Below, one piece after another: positions 37,202 to 46,774 of a stretch of 64,000 nucleotides of DNA. The number at the start of each line of letters is the position of its first letter. Position 1 is the stretch's first letter. Under the pieces are notes generated by a model. That model did not search any database. It was not told the origin of the DNA and saw nothing but the letters and a program-made list of their open reading frames with translations. The DNA is from Verrucomicrobiota bacterium. GTDB taxonomy: Bacteria; Verrucomicrobiota; Verrucomicrobiia; Verrucomicrobiales; DEV007. Position numbers and translations under genes: made by a program. Where the stretch lies: the NCBI GenBank assembly GCA_045046875.1, contig JASFYY010000133.1, forward strand, positions 1 to 64,000, given 5' to 3'.

Positions 37202-40200
37202 TTAAATACGATTATCTCGAAGGATACTTTTTCCGGTAGGCTTACTGACTCCTTGCAAGAAATTCTGGCTAGCTTTTTCGAAATCAAATTCGCTGCTTTT
37301 AACAGAAGTTGACAGGCTCGGGGGAAAGCCCTGATTAGCGCTCTTGAATTTCTGCAGGCCTTCCAGATTGCTGGACAGCTGCTGCGCCACTTTATCAGGA
37401 GTGTAACCAATTTTTGCCAGTTTCATTTCCACTTCGGCAGGGGAGAAGCCCGTTTTCCCAGTGTTTTTCATGATATCCACAGCCTCGGTCAAGCGAGGAG
37501 AAATTTCTGCTGTTCTCATGCCACTGATCTTTCCTTGTTCAGTGGTAAACCGGGTTACTTCTTTTGTGTCGATTTGTGGATGCCCTTGCTCGGTCATTCT
37601 AACCGTGCCGTCACTATTTTTGATTGTAGGCAGTTCTCCCTTTTGGTTCTTATAAAATTCCTCCTGATTCGCGCGAACTCTATTCATGTCTACTTCCATT
37701 TCACCGCTAAGGGGGGGGTTCCGCATCGGGAGATCACCGTTATTATGGTGTTTGTAGAATTCCTGTTGATTGACTGAATCCACTTTCGCTTCCAGTTGGT
37801 TGCCGTATTGTTTGGTGGTCTGACGGTAACCTTCCTCGGTTAGACCTTCCGCTTTGGCTTCGAATGAATCAGCTTGAGTCACCGCTTGATCGGCCTTGGT
37901 GGGGTTGCCTGTAGATTGAAGCTCTTGTGCGTCCTGTCGAAATTTAGCGGCTTTTTCGTTCAAGTCGCTTGCTTCATTGCGCCACTCTCGCTGTTTGTAT
38001 TCGCTGGTTTTGGCTACGGCTTCGATATCCGAGGAGTCTCTACCTTTGTAATCGTCCTTTACCGCGGTTTGTAGATCACGGTCTCCTGTTCCATACGCCT
38101 CCTTATCGAGACGATCCGTGCAGGCTTGATCCATGTCTTTGTTGTATTGATGAACTTTTTCGGTATTGATGACCGGGCGACCACTGGAGTCTAGTTCAAT
38201 CTTTCCGCTGGGGTCTGTTTGGTAGGGTAATTTCCCATCATTGCGCGCTTTATAAAATTCTTCTTCATAGATTCGTTTGGTGTCAGCTTTGGGGACATCG
38301 GCAAAGCCCTTTTCGATTTTTCCGGTTCTTGGATTAATCACATGATCTTGCTCCACCCGGTAGGTGATATCCTGGTCGAAGCTAACCTTGTCGCCATTAA
38401 TTCCCTCAATTTTTCCGCTCGGTTTTGCCTGAGTAAAGTCATCCGTATGAGTCTTCATTGCAGGGTTAGGTTTTTTGGCGAAACTACTTAGATCAGTAGA
38501 TTCGATGTCTCCAGTCGAACTGGGCGCATTCGTAGGCTTAACAACTTTTACTTTTTCGACGGGCACACCATATTCTTGAGCGATTCGTTCACGAGTCGAC
38601 AGGTGCGCTTGCTCGTATGAGGTTTTGAGATCGCGATTGAATCCTTCTCTGATTTTGTGACTGAGAGCATCGTCACCTCTTTCATTGAGGATATTCATGG
38701 CGTGCTTGTCTTGCTGGACCTTGTCGACCGCTTGCTGGCGTTTTATTACGGCATCAGGTGAGCTTGGATTTTGTTTATATGAGGTAAGGGCTTCATCTAA
38801 TTCTGCGATCTTGTTTGCTCCAGCTTTCCGGCCTTGATTAAAAGCGTCAGTACGTCGCGCCACAGCGCTTTCATCGATCACTAATGCTTTTGGCTTATAA
38901 CCAGGGGTGATATCTTTCCCGGCACCCACCAGTTTATTCCCTATATCCTGGTTTAGGAATTTTTTCGTATTACTTAATTTAGCTGTGAATGCGTCGTCGA
39001 TGCTACTTCCTTTCACGAAATTATTATATCCGGCACCACTGATTTTACTTCCGGCTTTTATGCCGCTTTCCACCACCCGTCCGGTGACTTCATCGAATAC
39101 CACTCGTGTAGCTGCTGTGTGAAAGGCTTCAATCCCTGTTTTCCCTTTCATCACCTCGTCATGCACGACATACATCTTATCCCCAACCTCCATGACATAC
39201 TCGGATTGCCCTCCTGATGCCACTCCCATAAGGCCACGAAGAGCCATGGATTTATAGGAGGTTTCTCCGTTTGCATTGAGCCCGGTAAAAATTTCTCTCG
39301 AAGTAGATTGAGCTCCCTCTTTTACCCAGTTTGTATTCCTCGCTTCATCTCGCATACGTGAGGCATCCATCTCGTTTCGCAAAATGCCTTTGAGTCTGTC
39401 CAACTCTTCCCGGTTGGGCGGGACACTCTCTTTGGAAACCAGGTCCTTGCTCATTTTATCAAGGTGATCAAGTATATTGTCCGTCTGCCCTTCACCGTGA
39501 TTGATGTTGCCTTGCTCGGCAAGATTGCGTGTCGCTTTTGCCATCTTGTGAATATCTCGAAGCAGGTCGCGTTTTTCTTTTTGCTTGCGGATAAATTCGT
39601 CGTTCTCACTGAAGTCCCAATCTCTTCGATCCCTGGCTTTATAGTTAGTTGATCCGCCAAGTTCATTGACCTGGTCGGCAAAGCGGTTTCGATCTCTGCG
39701 GAGACGTTCGAGCTCTCGATCCTGTGATGATGTGTCTCTTCCTGATTTACGAAGGCCATTTCGGACCGACTCCACAAACCCGATTTGCTCGACCGTATTT
39801 TGGAAATCCCCCTCTGCTTGGCGGACGTATTCCCGGTCGCGCAATTGATCACAAAAATCCTCTGCTTCATCCAGAGTTTTAAAATTGCGCACTATTCCAT
39901 CGGAACCGGTCACTTCCCAACCTGGTTCGTCCAGAGGGAATTCGCTCTCCAAGTCGGTAGGGTAGGAAAGAGGGGGAGGTGCCGCGCTATTTGAAGCGGG
40001 CATTTGATCATCCAGGGATTGGCGTAAGGCATCGCCCAAAGTACCGCCTAGAAGAACTCCTGTGACTGCACCTGCAGTAGCAAATCCACCAGCGATTAAT
40101 CCCAGTCCTATGATTTTCTGCCCTTCGGGAGTTTGTAAATATCCCAGAAGTGTTTTTTTTCCTCCGTTTTTAGGGCTGTATTCATTCCAGCCACCGTCAT

Positions 40201-41068
40201 CGGCAAATAACAAAGCCGGAGTAAAAAACAAAAAAGAAATAAAGCAGAGCATCAACAGGCTTGAGATAGAATTTTGGCGACTACTACCGCTTCCTCCAGC
40301 ACCTTTGCTGTTATTATTGTCATCTTTCGATGAATGAGTGCGCCGGTACCAGAGGGAAATGCCGACCCCTAGCACCACCATGCCCCAAAAGCTGTAGTAG
40401 AGGTAGGTCAGCAGAAAACCTAGGGAGATGGAGAGCAGCGAAACCCAGAATTGCTTTTCAATGGGTGGACGGGTTGCCCGGGGTCGGCACCACTGTTCAT
40501 GAGCCGCTTTTAATCCGGCAAGAATGGTCACAACGACGGCAAGCAGGATGAATTTTCTAAACTGCCACCCAGCGATCTTCAAGACGGTGTCTCCAGCCAT
40601 AGCAGCAGCACCACAAGTAATCATAATCCGCTCGTAAAAAGCAGGATTTTTAAAGTATTTTTTCACCGAATCCAAACTGTAACGAAATCCCGATGGCGCC
40701 ACTTTTAGCGCGCCCCAAGTGGTTTTGAATAATTGGAAACCGGTTCCTCTGGCAAAGCCATATATTCCAAACAGGAACATAGCCCCAGCAAACCAGCGAG
40801 CTCCTGCAAGTGCATACTCTTCAGGTTGAATATATAACCCGGAGGGGCCGTTCCATCCTCCTGCTTTTGCCTGTAAATAAATATGCCATATGGCGGCCAG
40901 ACCGTAAATAAAAGGGGCGAAAAATAGAGCGATAAAGAGCCGGCGGGAAATCGTGCGCCAAATCGCTTTCATGAGATAACGTGGCTTCAGGGCATTTTTT
41001 AACGCACTTAGATACCGCTTCAAATAAAAGCCAATACCAGGAAGCGAAGGTGCACTTGTTTCACTCAT
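37202..41068 (-). CDS. Large multi-pass membrane protein with ~900-aa hydrophilic C-terminal region
   Basis: ATG 41068 with upstream GGAGG; several TM helices, a signal-like segment ending TPALLFA/DDGGW, a Gly-rich TM helix, a Pro linker, coiled coils and internal EFYK..G.LP repeats. Confidence 0.75.
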   Translation of the reverse strand: MSETSAPSLPGIGFYLKRYLSALKNALKPRYLMKAIWRTISRRLFIALFFAPFIYGLAAIWHIYLQAKAGGWNGPSGLYIQPEEYALAGARWFAGAMFLFGIYGFARGTGFQLFKTTWGALKVAPSGFRYSLDSVKKYFKNPAFYERIMITCGAAAMAGDTVLKIAGWQFRKFILLAVVVTILAGLKAAHEQWCRPRATRPPIEKQFWVSLLSISLGFLLTYLYYSFWGMVVLGVGISLWYRRTHSSKDDNNNSKGAGGSGSSRQNSISSLLMLCFISFLFFTPALLFADDGGWNEYSPKNGGKKTLLGYLQTPEGQKIIGLGLIAGGFATAGAVTGVLLGGTLGDALRQSLDDQMPASNSAAPPPLSYPTDLESEFPLDEPGWEVTGSDGIVRNFKTLDEAEDFCDQLRDREYVRQAEGDFQNTVEQIGFVESVRNGLRKSGRDTSSQDRELERLRRDRNRFADQVNELGGSTNYKARDRRDWDFSENDEFIRKQKEKRDLLRDIHKMAKATRNLAEQGNINHGEGQTDNILDHLDKMSKDLVSKESVPPNREELDRLKGILRNEMDASRMRDEARNTNWVKEGAQSTSREIFTGLNANGETSYKSMALRGLMGVASGGQSEYVMEVGDKMYVVHDEVMKGKTGIEAFHTAATRVVFDEVTGRVVESGIKAGSKISGAGYNNFVKGSSIDDAFTAKLSNTKKFLNQDIGNKLVGAGKDITPGYKPKALVIDESAVARRTDAFNQGRKAGANKIAELDEALTSYKQNPSSPDAVIKRQQAVDKVQQDKHAMNILNERGDDALSHKIREGFNRDLKTSYEQAHLSTRERIAQEYGVPVEKVKVVKPTNAPSSTGDIESTDLSSFAKKPNPAMKTHTDDFTQAKPSGKIEGINGDKVSFDQDITYRVEQDHVINPRTGKIEKGFADVPKADTKRIYEEEFYKARNDGKLPYQTDPSGKIELDSSGRPVINTEKVHQYNKDMDQACTDRLDKEAYGTGDRDLQTAVKDDYKGRDSSDIEAVAKTSEYKQREWRNEASDLNEKAAKFRQDAQELQSTGNPTKADQAVTQADSFEAKAEGLTEEGYRQTTKQYGNQLEAKVDSVNQQEFYKHHNNGDLPMRNPPLSGEMEVDMNRVRANQEEFYKNQKGELPTIKNSDGTVRMTEQGHPQIDTKEVTRFTTEQGKISGMRTAEISPRLTEAVDIMKNTGKTGFSPAEVEMKLAKIGYTPDKVAQQLSSNLEGLQKFKSANQGFPPSLSTSVKSSEFDFEKASQNFLQGVSKPTGKSILRDNRI

Positions 41069-42095
41069 TGTCGCCTTTGCCTCCTTTTGCTCGCGGGTTA
41101 ACAAATCCGTTTTTTTCTACCGCAACAAAAACGCTACGCCAATCAGTTCTTTGAGCTCTAATCTGGTAGAGACCTGGTTTTTTAAAGCTGAATTCGATAG
41201 ATTCTCCTGAATCTAAGCTATCTAATGTGCGGTCAGAAAAGGGGTGCTCAAGCACCACGGTCTCTCTGGTCATGTTTTGTATCCTGAATGTGTCGGTTAA
41301 ATCAATTTTTGACCATCTTGGATGAATGCCTTGTTCAACCATTTGCAAGTCGTGGGATCCATCGGGAGCAAGGTAACCATCTGGTGGGCGAACCAAAACC
41401 CAAACGCTAAAAACGGCAATGCCAGCTACAAGCGCTGATCCAGCAACAGCTAAAGGACGAACGCTCGAACTCTTTGCAAACCATGCGAGCGGTGCTCCGT
41501 AAAATAAGTGGGCGAAAAAAGCTACGGCCATTCCTGTTGAGTTTGATCGCAGATGGTAAACTTCGCCGAAGACGGTAACGATCGCCAGCCCTTCTATAAC
41601 CAGAGCCCACACCAGTGCCATTACGGCGGTGCCTTTATTTATGCCCATTATCATGGTGAACATGATGCCGAAAAAGATGCCGTTTCCCATGTGGTAAAAA
41701 AGTCCCAACCAGTCTGTATAGAGGTTGCTGTACTCCGCACCTGCCAGAAATACGCCATAGGATTGAATAGCCGCAAATGGGTTTAATCCGCCCAAATGAA
41801 AAGGGATGCGGATCAGATCATAACCAGCTACCCCCATTAAGCCGCCCGCAACCCCTCTGTCGAAACGGTTTTTCAGCGCAGTGCTGTGTTTGCAAGCCCA
41901 CCAGTAGGTAAGAATGTAAATACAGATAACGGGTAGCAACAAAGTAAGTGCCGCCGTATTCATTTTGACTATTCCATAAAGGTAGCCCAGCAATGGCAGG
42001 ATCGTCGCCAGCCCAATTAGACAAAGTAACAAACGAACTAAGAATCCGGCATCACGACCTTTTTTCTCCAGTTGATCCATTTCTAATATCTCCAT
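41061..42095 (-). CDS. Multi-pass membrane protein with intramembrane His residues and a C-terminal cupredoxin-like beta domain
   Basis: About 7 hydrophobic segments, FYHMGNG and FAHLFYG; C-terminal LDSGESIEFSFKKPGLY resembles a cupredoxin strand pattern without Cu ligands. Start uncertain (42131, 42095 or 42080). Confidence 0.6.
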   Translation of the reverse strand: MEILEMDQLEKKGRDAGFLVRLLLCLIGLATILPLLGYLYGIVKMNTAALTLLLPVICIYILTYWWACKHSTALKNRFDRGVAGGLMGVAGYDLIRIPFHLGGLNPFAAIQSYGVFLAGAEYSNLYTDWLGLFYHMGNGIFFGIMFTMIMGINKGTAVMALVWALVIEGLAIVTVFGEVYHLRSNSTGMAVAFFAHLFYGAPLAWFAKSSSVRPLAVAGSALVAGIAVFSVWVLVRPPDGYLAPDGSHDLQMVEQGIHPRWSKIDLTDTFRIQNMTRETVVLEHPFSDRTLDSLDSGESIEFSFKKPGLYQIRAQRTDWRSVFVAVEKNGFVNPRAKGGKGDNE

Positions 42096-42212
42096 CGGGA
42101 TTAAGTAAAAAATACAGATTAATAGCGACAAGATCTACCTATATATTGCTATAATCGATATAATTTAAAAATTTTGGCTGAAGACGTGGAGATTTGGTAT
42201 TAGAAACTAATC

Positions 42213-42866
42213 ATGGGAGGATCTAAAAGTCCGTGTTTTTGTAGCGAGTGTGGCAAGCCTGTGCTTTCGCACGCAGCGTTTTGCGCACAATGTGGGGCGC
42301 CAATAAACCTGGATTCTGAGCAAGCTAAGGTTAAGGATGAGGGGGGGGCTCCAGATTTCACTCAAGAAACGATCCCCCGGGATCTTGTCGCCGGAAAAAA
42401 ACGGAGTAAAATTCCATGCGTTTTGTTGGCACTTGCTTCACTTTTGGTTATAGCAACAGCTTTGATTGTATTTATGTTATGGCTGGTTCCGCGTTTCGAA
42501 AAGGAGTCAGGTGACGATGTGAACACCTCAGGGTACCCCGTCGAGTTTTCTGAAGAAATACACCGGCAGTATCCGCAGCCTGCCCAGCTGGTGTATTATC
42601 ATTTTATTTCAAAGTTATACGCTGAAAATCAAGATTCGATCCGAGTGGGGTCCCCGAAAATATCCGATAAGCAGGTTGACATCGATGTGACGATCGATGG
42701 GCAGAAATTCACTTTTAGAACGATTGAAATCACTAATGACGGGAAGGCCGCCGAAGTGTTTGTGGGGCTTGCGGATTCTGAAGCCGATGAAATTTTTGTA
42801 CTCCGGAAAACGGGAGGTAAGTGGATCATCGCAGGGACTCGACAGGTGGAGCTAAGGGTCAATTAG
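42213..42866 (+). CDS. Zinc-ribbon membrane protein
   Basis: N-terminal CSEC..CAQC, one TM helix, C-terminal domain ending in a GKWII strand. Confidence 0.75.
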   Translation: MGGSKSPCFCSECGKPVLSHAAFCAQCGAPINLDSEQAKVKDEGGAPDFTQETIPRDLVAGKKRSKIPCVLLALASLLVIATALIVFMLWLVPRFEKESGDDVNTSGYPVEFSEEIHRQYPQPAQLVYYHFISKLYAENQDSIRVGSPKISDKQVDIDVTIDGQKFTFRTIEITNDGKAAEVFVGLADSEADEIFVLRKTGGKWIIAGTRQVELRVN

Positions 42867-43452
42867 CGGCTTTTGGAAATTTGTATGCTACAATTTTCCA
42901 TTCATCCACCTCTTTTTTAAGTTGCACCGCAATTGGGATTTTGGTTCCGGACTTCACGATCAAGTTTCCTTCAAGTATGCCGACGTCATTTTCGATCTGG
43001 CTGCTGGAAAAGCTGGATCCTGTCACCGTTTTTAAAACCGGGTGTTGTTGTTGGAATTCTTGAAAATCGCCATAGGAGATAGTGGCTTGAAAATCTACGG
43101 CGGTGCCATCGTAGGCGGCTCGTTCATTACCCGCTTGAATCAATGCGAAATGTTGGTCAACTGCCGTTTTAAGAGGTTCATTCATCAAGCTTAAAAGCAT
43201 AATGAACCCGCCGATTGCCACAACTCCAAGTATCACCAGACCTCCTAAAACGATTGCCGTGATTTTACAGCCACGATGTTGTTTCATCTGTGGTGTCGAG
43301 ATTTTTCGGGCATTGGTTGAGGGTGGCGGAGAAGTGGTTTGCGCTTGCTCTATGGACGAGTCAGAAGAGGGCTGAGGGGCCTTCTGTCCACATTCGGGGC
43401 AATAATGTGCTTTTTGGATCAGGTGAGTTCCACAGTTTGAGCAGTAGGGCAT
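42859..43452 (-). CDS. Zinc-ribbon membrane protein with DUF4864-like extracytoplasmic domain
   Basis: MPYCSNC..CPEC, one TM helix, then HFALIQAGNERAAY...FQATIS..DF..F ... LKKE..EWKI. Converges on and overlaps the previous gene by 8 nt. Confidence 0.7.
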   Translation of the reverse strand: MPYCSNCGTHLIQKAHYCPECGQKAPQPSSDSSIEQAQTTSPPPSTNARKISTPQMKQHRGCKITAIVLGGLVILGVVAIGGFIMLLSLMNEPLKTAVDQHFALIQAGNERAAYDGTAVDFQATISYGDFQEFQQQHPVLKTVTGSSFSSSQIENDVGILEGNLIVKSGTKIPIAVQLKKEVDEWKIVAYKFPKAAN

Positions 43453-43957
43453 AACTGATATATGGTTAACGTTTGTCCGGGCGGGCTGTTTCAAGCGAGC
43501 CGTAGTTTCTAGTGAAAGAGGGGAGGTAACCCCAGCTGTATAACAAAAGGGCAGGCAGGGTGGAAAAGCAAATTTCTAGCAGTTCAACCGATATTTGCTA
43601 GCTGTTGCCACTGCACTTTTTTGTCCGCTTATAGCATCACGGCAACGAGTGTTTTATTCGACGTGCAATGTGCTTACTGCTTTGCCATCGATTTTGCCTG
43701 GGCGCTGCTACGCTAGGGCACACTGATATTCGGTTCTTTGCTTATTGAGTTTATGCAGACTTTGCGGCGGAAATATTCTGTAATTCAATGTGGAGAATGA
43801 TCTGAATGGATCCCTTTATGCTAAGCCTTATCAGCATCAAGTAGGCAAGTTCTACTGACTTGAATCGGGCTTGACGGTTGAAATGACATGTTGACCGCCG
43901 CCAGAAAAACTAGCCCAAAATGAGTGAGAGGTTTTAGATTAACTAATACCTCAACTC

Positions 43958-44230
43958 ATGAACAAACAAAAGAGAGATAAAGCGGAAGAGATCATAGGAA
44001 TACTGCGTGAAAGTGAAACGGCGGCGGTGAGCCAGCAATCGTTTTGCCAGGAGAAGCAAATATCACTGGCCACGCTGCATCGATGGCGCAAGAAATACGG
44101 GCAAATGAACGAGTCGGAAGCGAAGCGACTCAAGGCCCTGGAAAAGGAGAATACCGAGCTCAAGAAAATGTATGCCGATGCGATGCTGGGCATCAAGGTG
44201 TTGAAGGAGGCGGTTGAAAAAAAGCTGTAA
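43958..44230 (+). CDS. IS3-family transposase OrfA
   Basis: ISLATLHRWRKKYG...RLKALEKENTELKK HTH plus leucine zipper; ends at an A7G slippery site. Confidence 0.9.
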   Translation: MNKQKRDKAEEIIGILRESETAAVSQQSFCQEKQISLATLHRWRKKYGQMNESEAKRLKALEKENTELKKMYADAMLGIKVLKEAVEKKL

Positions 44231-45171
44231 GCGCGGCGCACCGGAGAGAACTCGCACAAGAGGCTGCAACCAGTGATGGTTGTAGCCAACGCCTGATCTG
44301 CAAAGCCTTTGGACTCCATCGTTCGACCTTCCGCTATCGTCCAAAACACCCGAGTCAGCAGAGGGGAAATGCTGAAAAGAGTGTGGTTGAGCTCAGTTTG
44401 GAGCACCCTGAATTGGGTTCGGACAAGGTGGGAAGGATGGCACGGAAACAAGGTTATAGGATCAGTAGCAAACGAGTGCGGGATGTGCGTCGCGAGGAAT
44501 GCCTGCAGGTTCCACCACCCCGAAAGAAGAAGTCCCGTTGTGGGAAATCAACAGGGAGGCACCCTCAAATAGCGATGAGACACAACCATGTATGGAGCTG
44601 GGACTTCATCCATGACTACACGGTGAGGGGAGGCAGTATCCGCATCCTGAGCCTGGTGGGCGAGTATACGCGTGAAATCCATGCCCTGCATGTGGAGCGC
44701 AACATAGGGGCACGCAAACTGTGTAAAATATTGGAAAGGGTGATCATGGAACATGGAGCACCCGACTACATTAGAAGTGACAATGGACCCGAGTTCGTGG
44801 CCCGATATTTACAGAACTGGTTGGAGGAAGAGAAAGTGAGAACCCTGTATATTGATCCTGGAAGTCCCTGGCAGAATGGTTATGTGGAGAGCTTCCATGA
44901 TAAGTTTAGGAGGGAATGCTTGAGCCGGGAGCTGTTATACACCCTGACGGAAGCCCGTGTAGTGGTTGAGCGATGGAGGCACAAGTTCAACTGGATCAGG
45001 CCCCATCGGAGGTTAAAAATGAACACGCCCCGGGAATACGCAGTCATGGTGGCGGGGATAACCGGTAGCCCTCAAGATACCAGTTGCGCTTCAGCCTACG
45101 GCTTGCGCTCCACAGGTATCTTGACAAGAAAGGTGCTGGGGGTGTTAAGTGCTTACGAACTTCTCACTTAA
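44218..45171 (+). CDS. IS3-family transposase OrfB (DDE), probably expressed as OrfAB by -1 frameshift
   Basis: The -1 frame is open from the A7G site into WSWDF...RSDNGPEF...PGSPWQNG.VESF...RPH. Confidence 0.85.
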   Translation, partial: KKAVSAAHRRELAQEAATSDGCSQRLICKAFGLHRSTFRYRPKHPSQQRGNAEKSVVELSLEHPELGSDKVGRMARKQGYRISSKRVRDVRREECLQVPPPRKKKSRCGKSTGRHPQIAMRHNHVWSWDFIHDYTVRGGSIRILSLVGEYTREIHALHVERNIGARKLCKILERVIMEHGAPDYIRSDNGPEFVARYLQNWLEEEKVRTLYIDPGSPWQNGYVESFHDKFRRECLSRELLYTLTEARVVVERWRHKFNWIRPHRRLKMNTPREYAVMVAGITGSPQDTSCASAYGLRSTGILTRKVLGVLSAYELLT

Positions 45172-45198
45172 TTTGGGCCAAATATTGGAAGCAGGTCA

Positions 45199-45660
45199 GG
45201 AGGAATCTGTGCAAAATTTTGACTATCAGGGCAACAGCAGTTTCTTTCCGATTTGCCCTGGGATGATCGTGGCTTGGTTGATCAAAACGCCCAAGATGTT
45301 GGCGATGTTATAGGCCCATCTGGTGGTAGCTTGGTTATCGATGAAAGCAGTTTCGCTAAGCAATGCAAGATGTCTGTAGGCGTGGCGCGGCAATGGAAGG
45401 GGAGACTTGGTAAGGTTGATAACTGCCAAGTTGGCGTATTTGCCGGTGCTTATTGATGGTAAGCGTGCTAGTATCACCGACTTTCGACGCTACCTTCTCA
45501 AAGAATGCATTGATGATTCGAAACGCTGCTAGAAAACGGGTATTCCTGAAGAGCGTATTGTTTTGAAAAAAAAAATCTGAGCTCTCGGTGGAGATGATTA
45601 AAGAAGCTCTTGCCCGTGATCTACCATCTTCTTGGGTCAGTGCCGATGGAGGATACGGTT
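45199..45660 (+). pseudogene. IS701-family transposase remnant
   Basis: QQFLSDLPW...LVIDESSFAK..MSVGVARQW.GRLGKVDNCQVGV, then frameshifts and a stop, ending in ADGGYG. The 5' part is missing at the IS3 junction. Confidence 0.85.
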
Positions 45661-45708
45661 AAATTGTGTAGGGGGTAAGGATGATTTCTAGCAATTAAAC
45701 TAAGTGGG

Positions 45709-46773
45709 TTACTTCCGTTGCGGGAGTTGTTCGATGCATGCATCAAATTTGTTGTTCAAATCCGTCGTATCAATCGACGAGCCAATGGCGACAATTTGGC
45801 TGTGTGGCGGGCGGGTACCCCAATCATCCAGTTCTGATAGTTCTGTACGGCGTCCGACTGCTTGTAGGCTGAAACGTTTGCCAGGACAATCGGCGACATA
45901 AACGATTCCTTTACAACGATAAACGGACGCCGGGAGTTCGCGTCTTACCATCCGACGTAGCGTTTCGAGTGAGAATGGCTGGTTGGATTCGTAACTCCAT
46001 GTGTCGAACATCTCGCTGGCAGTGTCGTGCTTATGGTGGGCTTGGTGTCCGTGTTGTTCAGTGTCGCCACTGTTTTCAATTTTCGGACTTACAAGTGCGG
46101 GGTCAAAACGGCCGACTGCCATCAGTATCTCTAAAGGCACATTGCAGCGTGTGGATTCGATAATCCGTATTCTATTAAGGTAATGTCCAACCCACTCTCT
46201 GATCACTTCTATGTGCTCGGGGCCAACGAGATCGACTTTGTTGAGAATAACCATGTCAGCAAAGCCAATTTGCCGTATTTTGAGTGCCGTAAGTTCGGCA
46301 TCGTCTCCATGGGTGAAAACGGCTTCGGCATCGATAAGGCAAGTAATGCTGTCCAGGCGGAGCAATTGCTCGTATTTTTTATCGAGGAATGTCATGACAA
46401 TACCCTCGGGATCCGAAACTCCACTTGCTTCCAAGAGTACATAGTCAATGGCATCTTTTTTCGTGAGGAGCTGCTCTAGGGAAAGGACGAGGTCGTCCCG
46501 GATTTCGCAACACACACAACCGTTGGTGAGGTTGATCGTATTCTCCTCTATGCCATCGACGAGTTCGGCATCGATATTGATGGAGCCGAAATCGTTGATT
46601 AACACACCGACCCGCAGACCATGGTCTCCGTTTAGGATGCGATTCAGCAAAGTCGTTTTTCCGGCGCCGAGGAAGCCGGTCAGCAGGGTGACTGGGACAG
46701 GACTGCGTCCAGGTATCAAAATGGGATCTGTTCTAGGGGCGGGGGCTAGAATTGGCCTAGGGTCTTTGTTCAT
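45709..46773 (-). CDS. COG0523 (CobW/ZigA/YeiR-like) G3E GTPase metallochaperone
   Basis: LTGFLGAGKTT, NDFG, GCVCC, EASG, NKVD, His-rich linker HGHQAHHKH and CobW_C (RCKG). Confidence 0.92.
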   Translation of the reverse strand: MNKDPRPILAPAPRTDPILIPGRSPVPVTLLTGFLGAGKTTLLNRILNGDHGLRVGVLINDFGSINIDAELVDGIEENTINLTNGCVCCEIRDDLVLSLEQLLTKKDAIDYVLLEASGVSDPEGIVMTFLDKKYEQLLRLDSITCLIDAEAVFTHGDDAELTALKIRQIGFADMVILNKVDLVGPEHIEVIREWVGHYLNRIRIIESTRCNVPLEILMAVGRFDPALVSPKIENSGDTEQHGHQAHHKHDTASEMFDTWSYESNQPFSLETLRRMVRRELPASVYRCKGIVYVADCPGKRFSLQAVGRRTELSELDDWGTRPPHSQIVAIGSSIDTTDLNNKFDACIEQLPQRK

Positions 46774-46774
46774 A

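Larger units (their letters stand above)
43892..45198 (+). mobile_element. IS3-family insertion sequence (~1.3 kb), apparently intact
   Basis: Imperfect ~40-bp terminal IRs (left TGACCGCCGCCAGAAAAACTAGCCCAAAATGAGTGAGAGG; right, reverse-complemented, TGACCTGCTTCCAATATTTGGCCCAAATTAAGTGAGAAG), TG...CA ends, orfA and orfB. No target duplication visible. Confidence 0.9.

Noticed and set aside
43500..43890. Left end of the IS701 remnant near CTAGGGCACAC (about 43713)
   Set aside because: I could not match it to a right IR or find IS701 N-terminal coding sequence.
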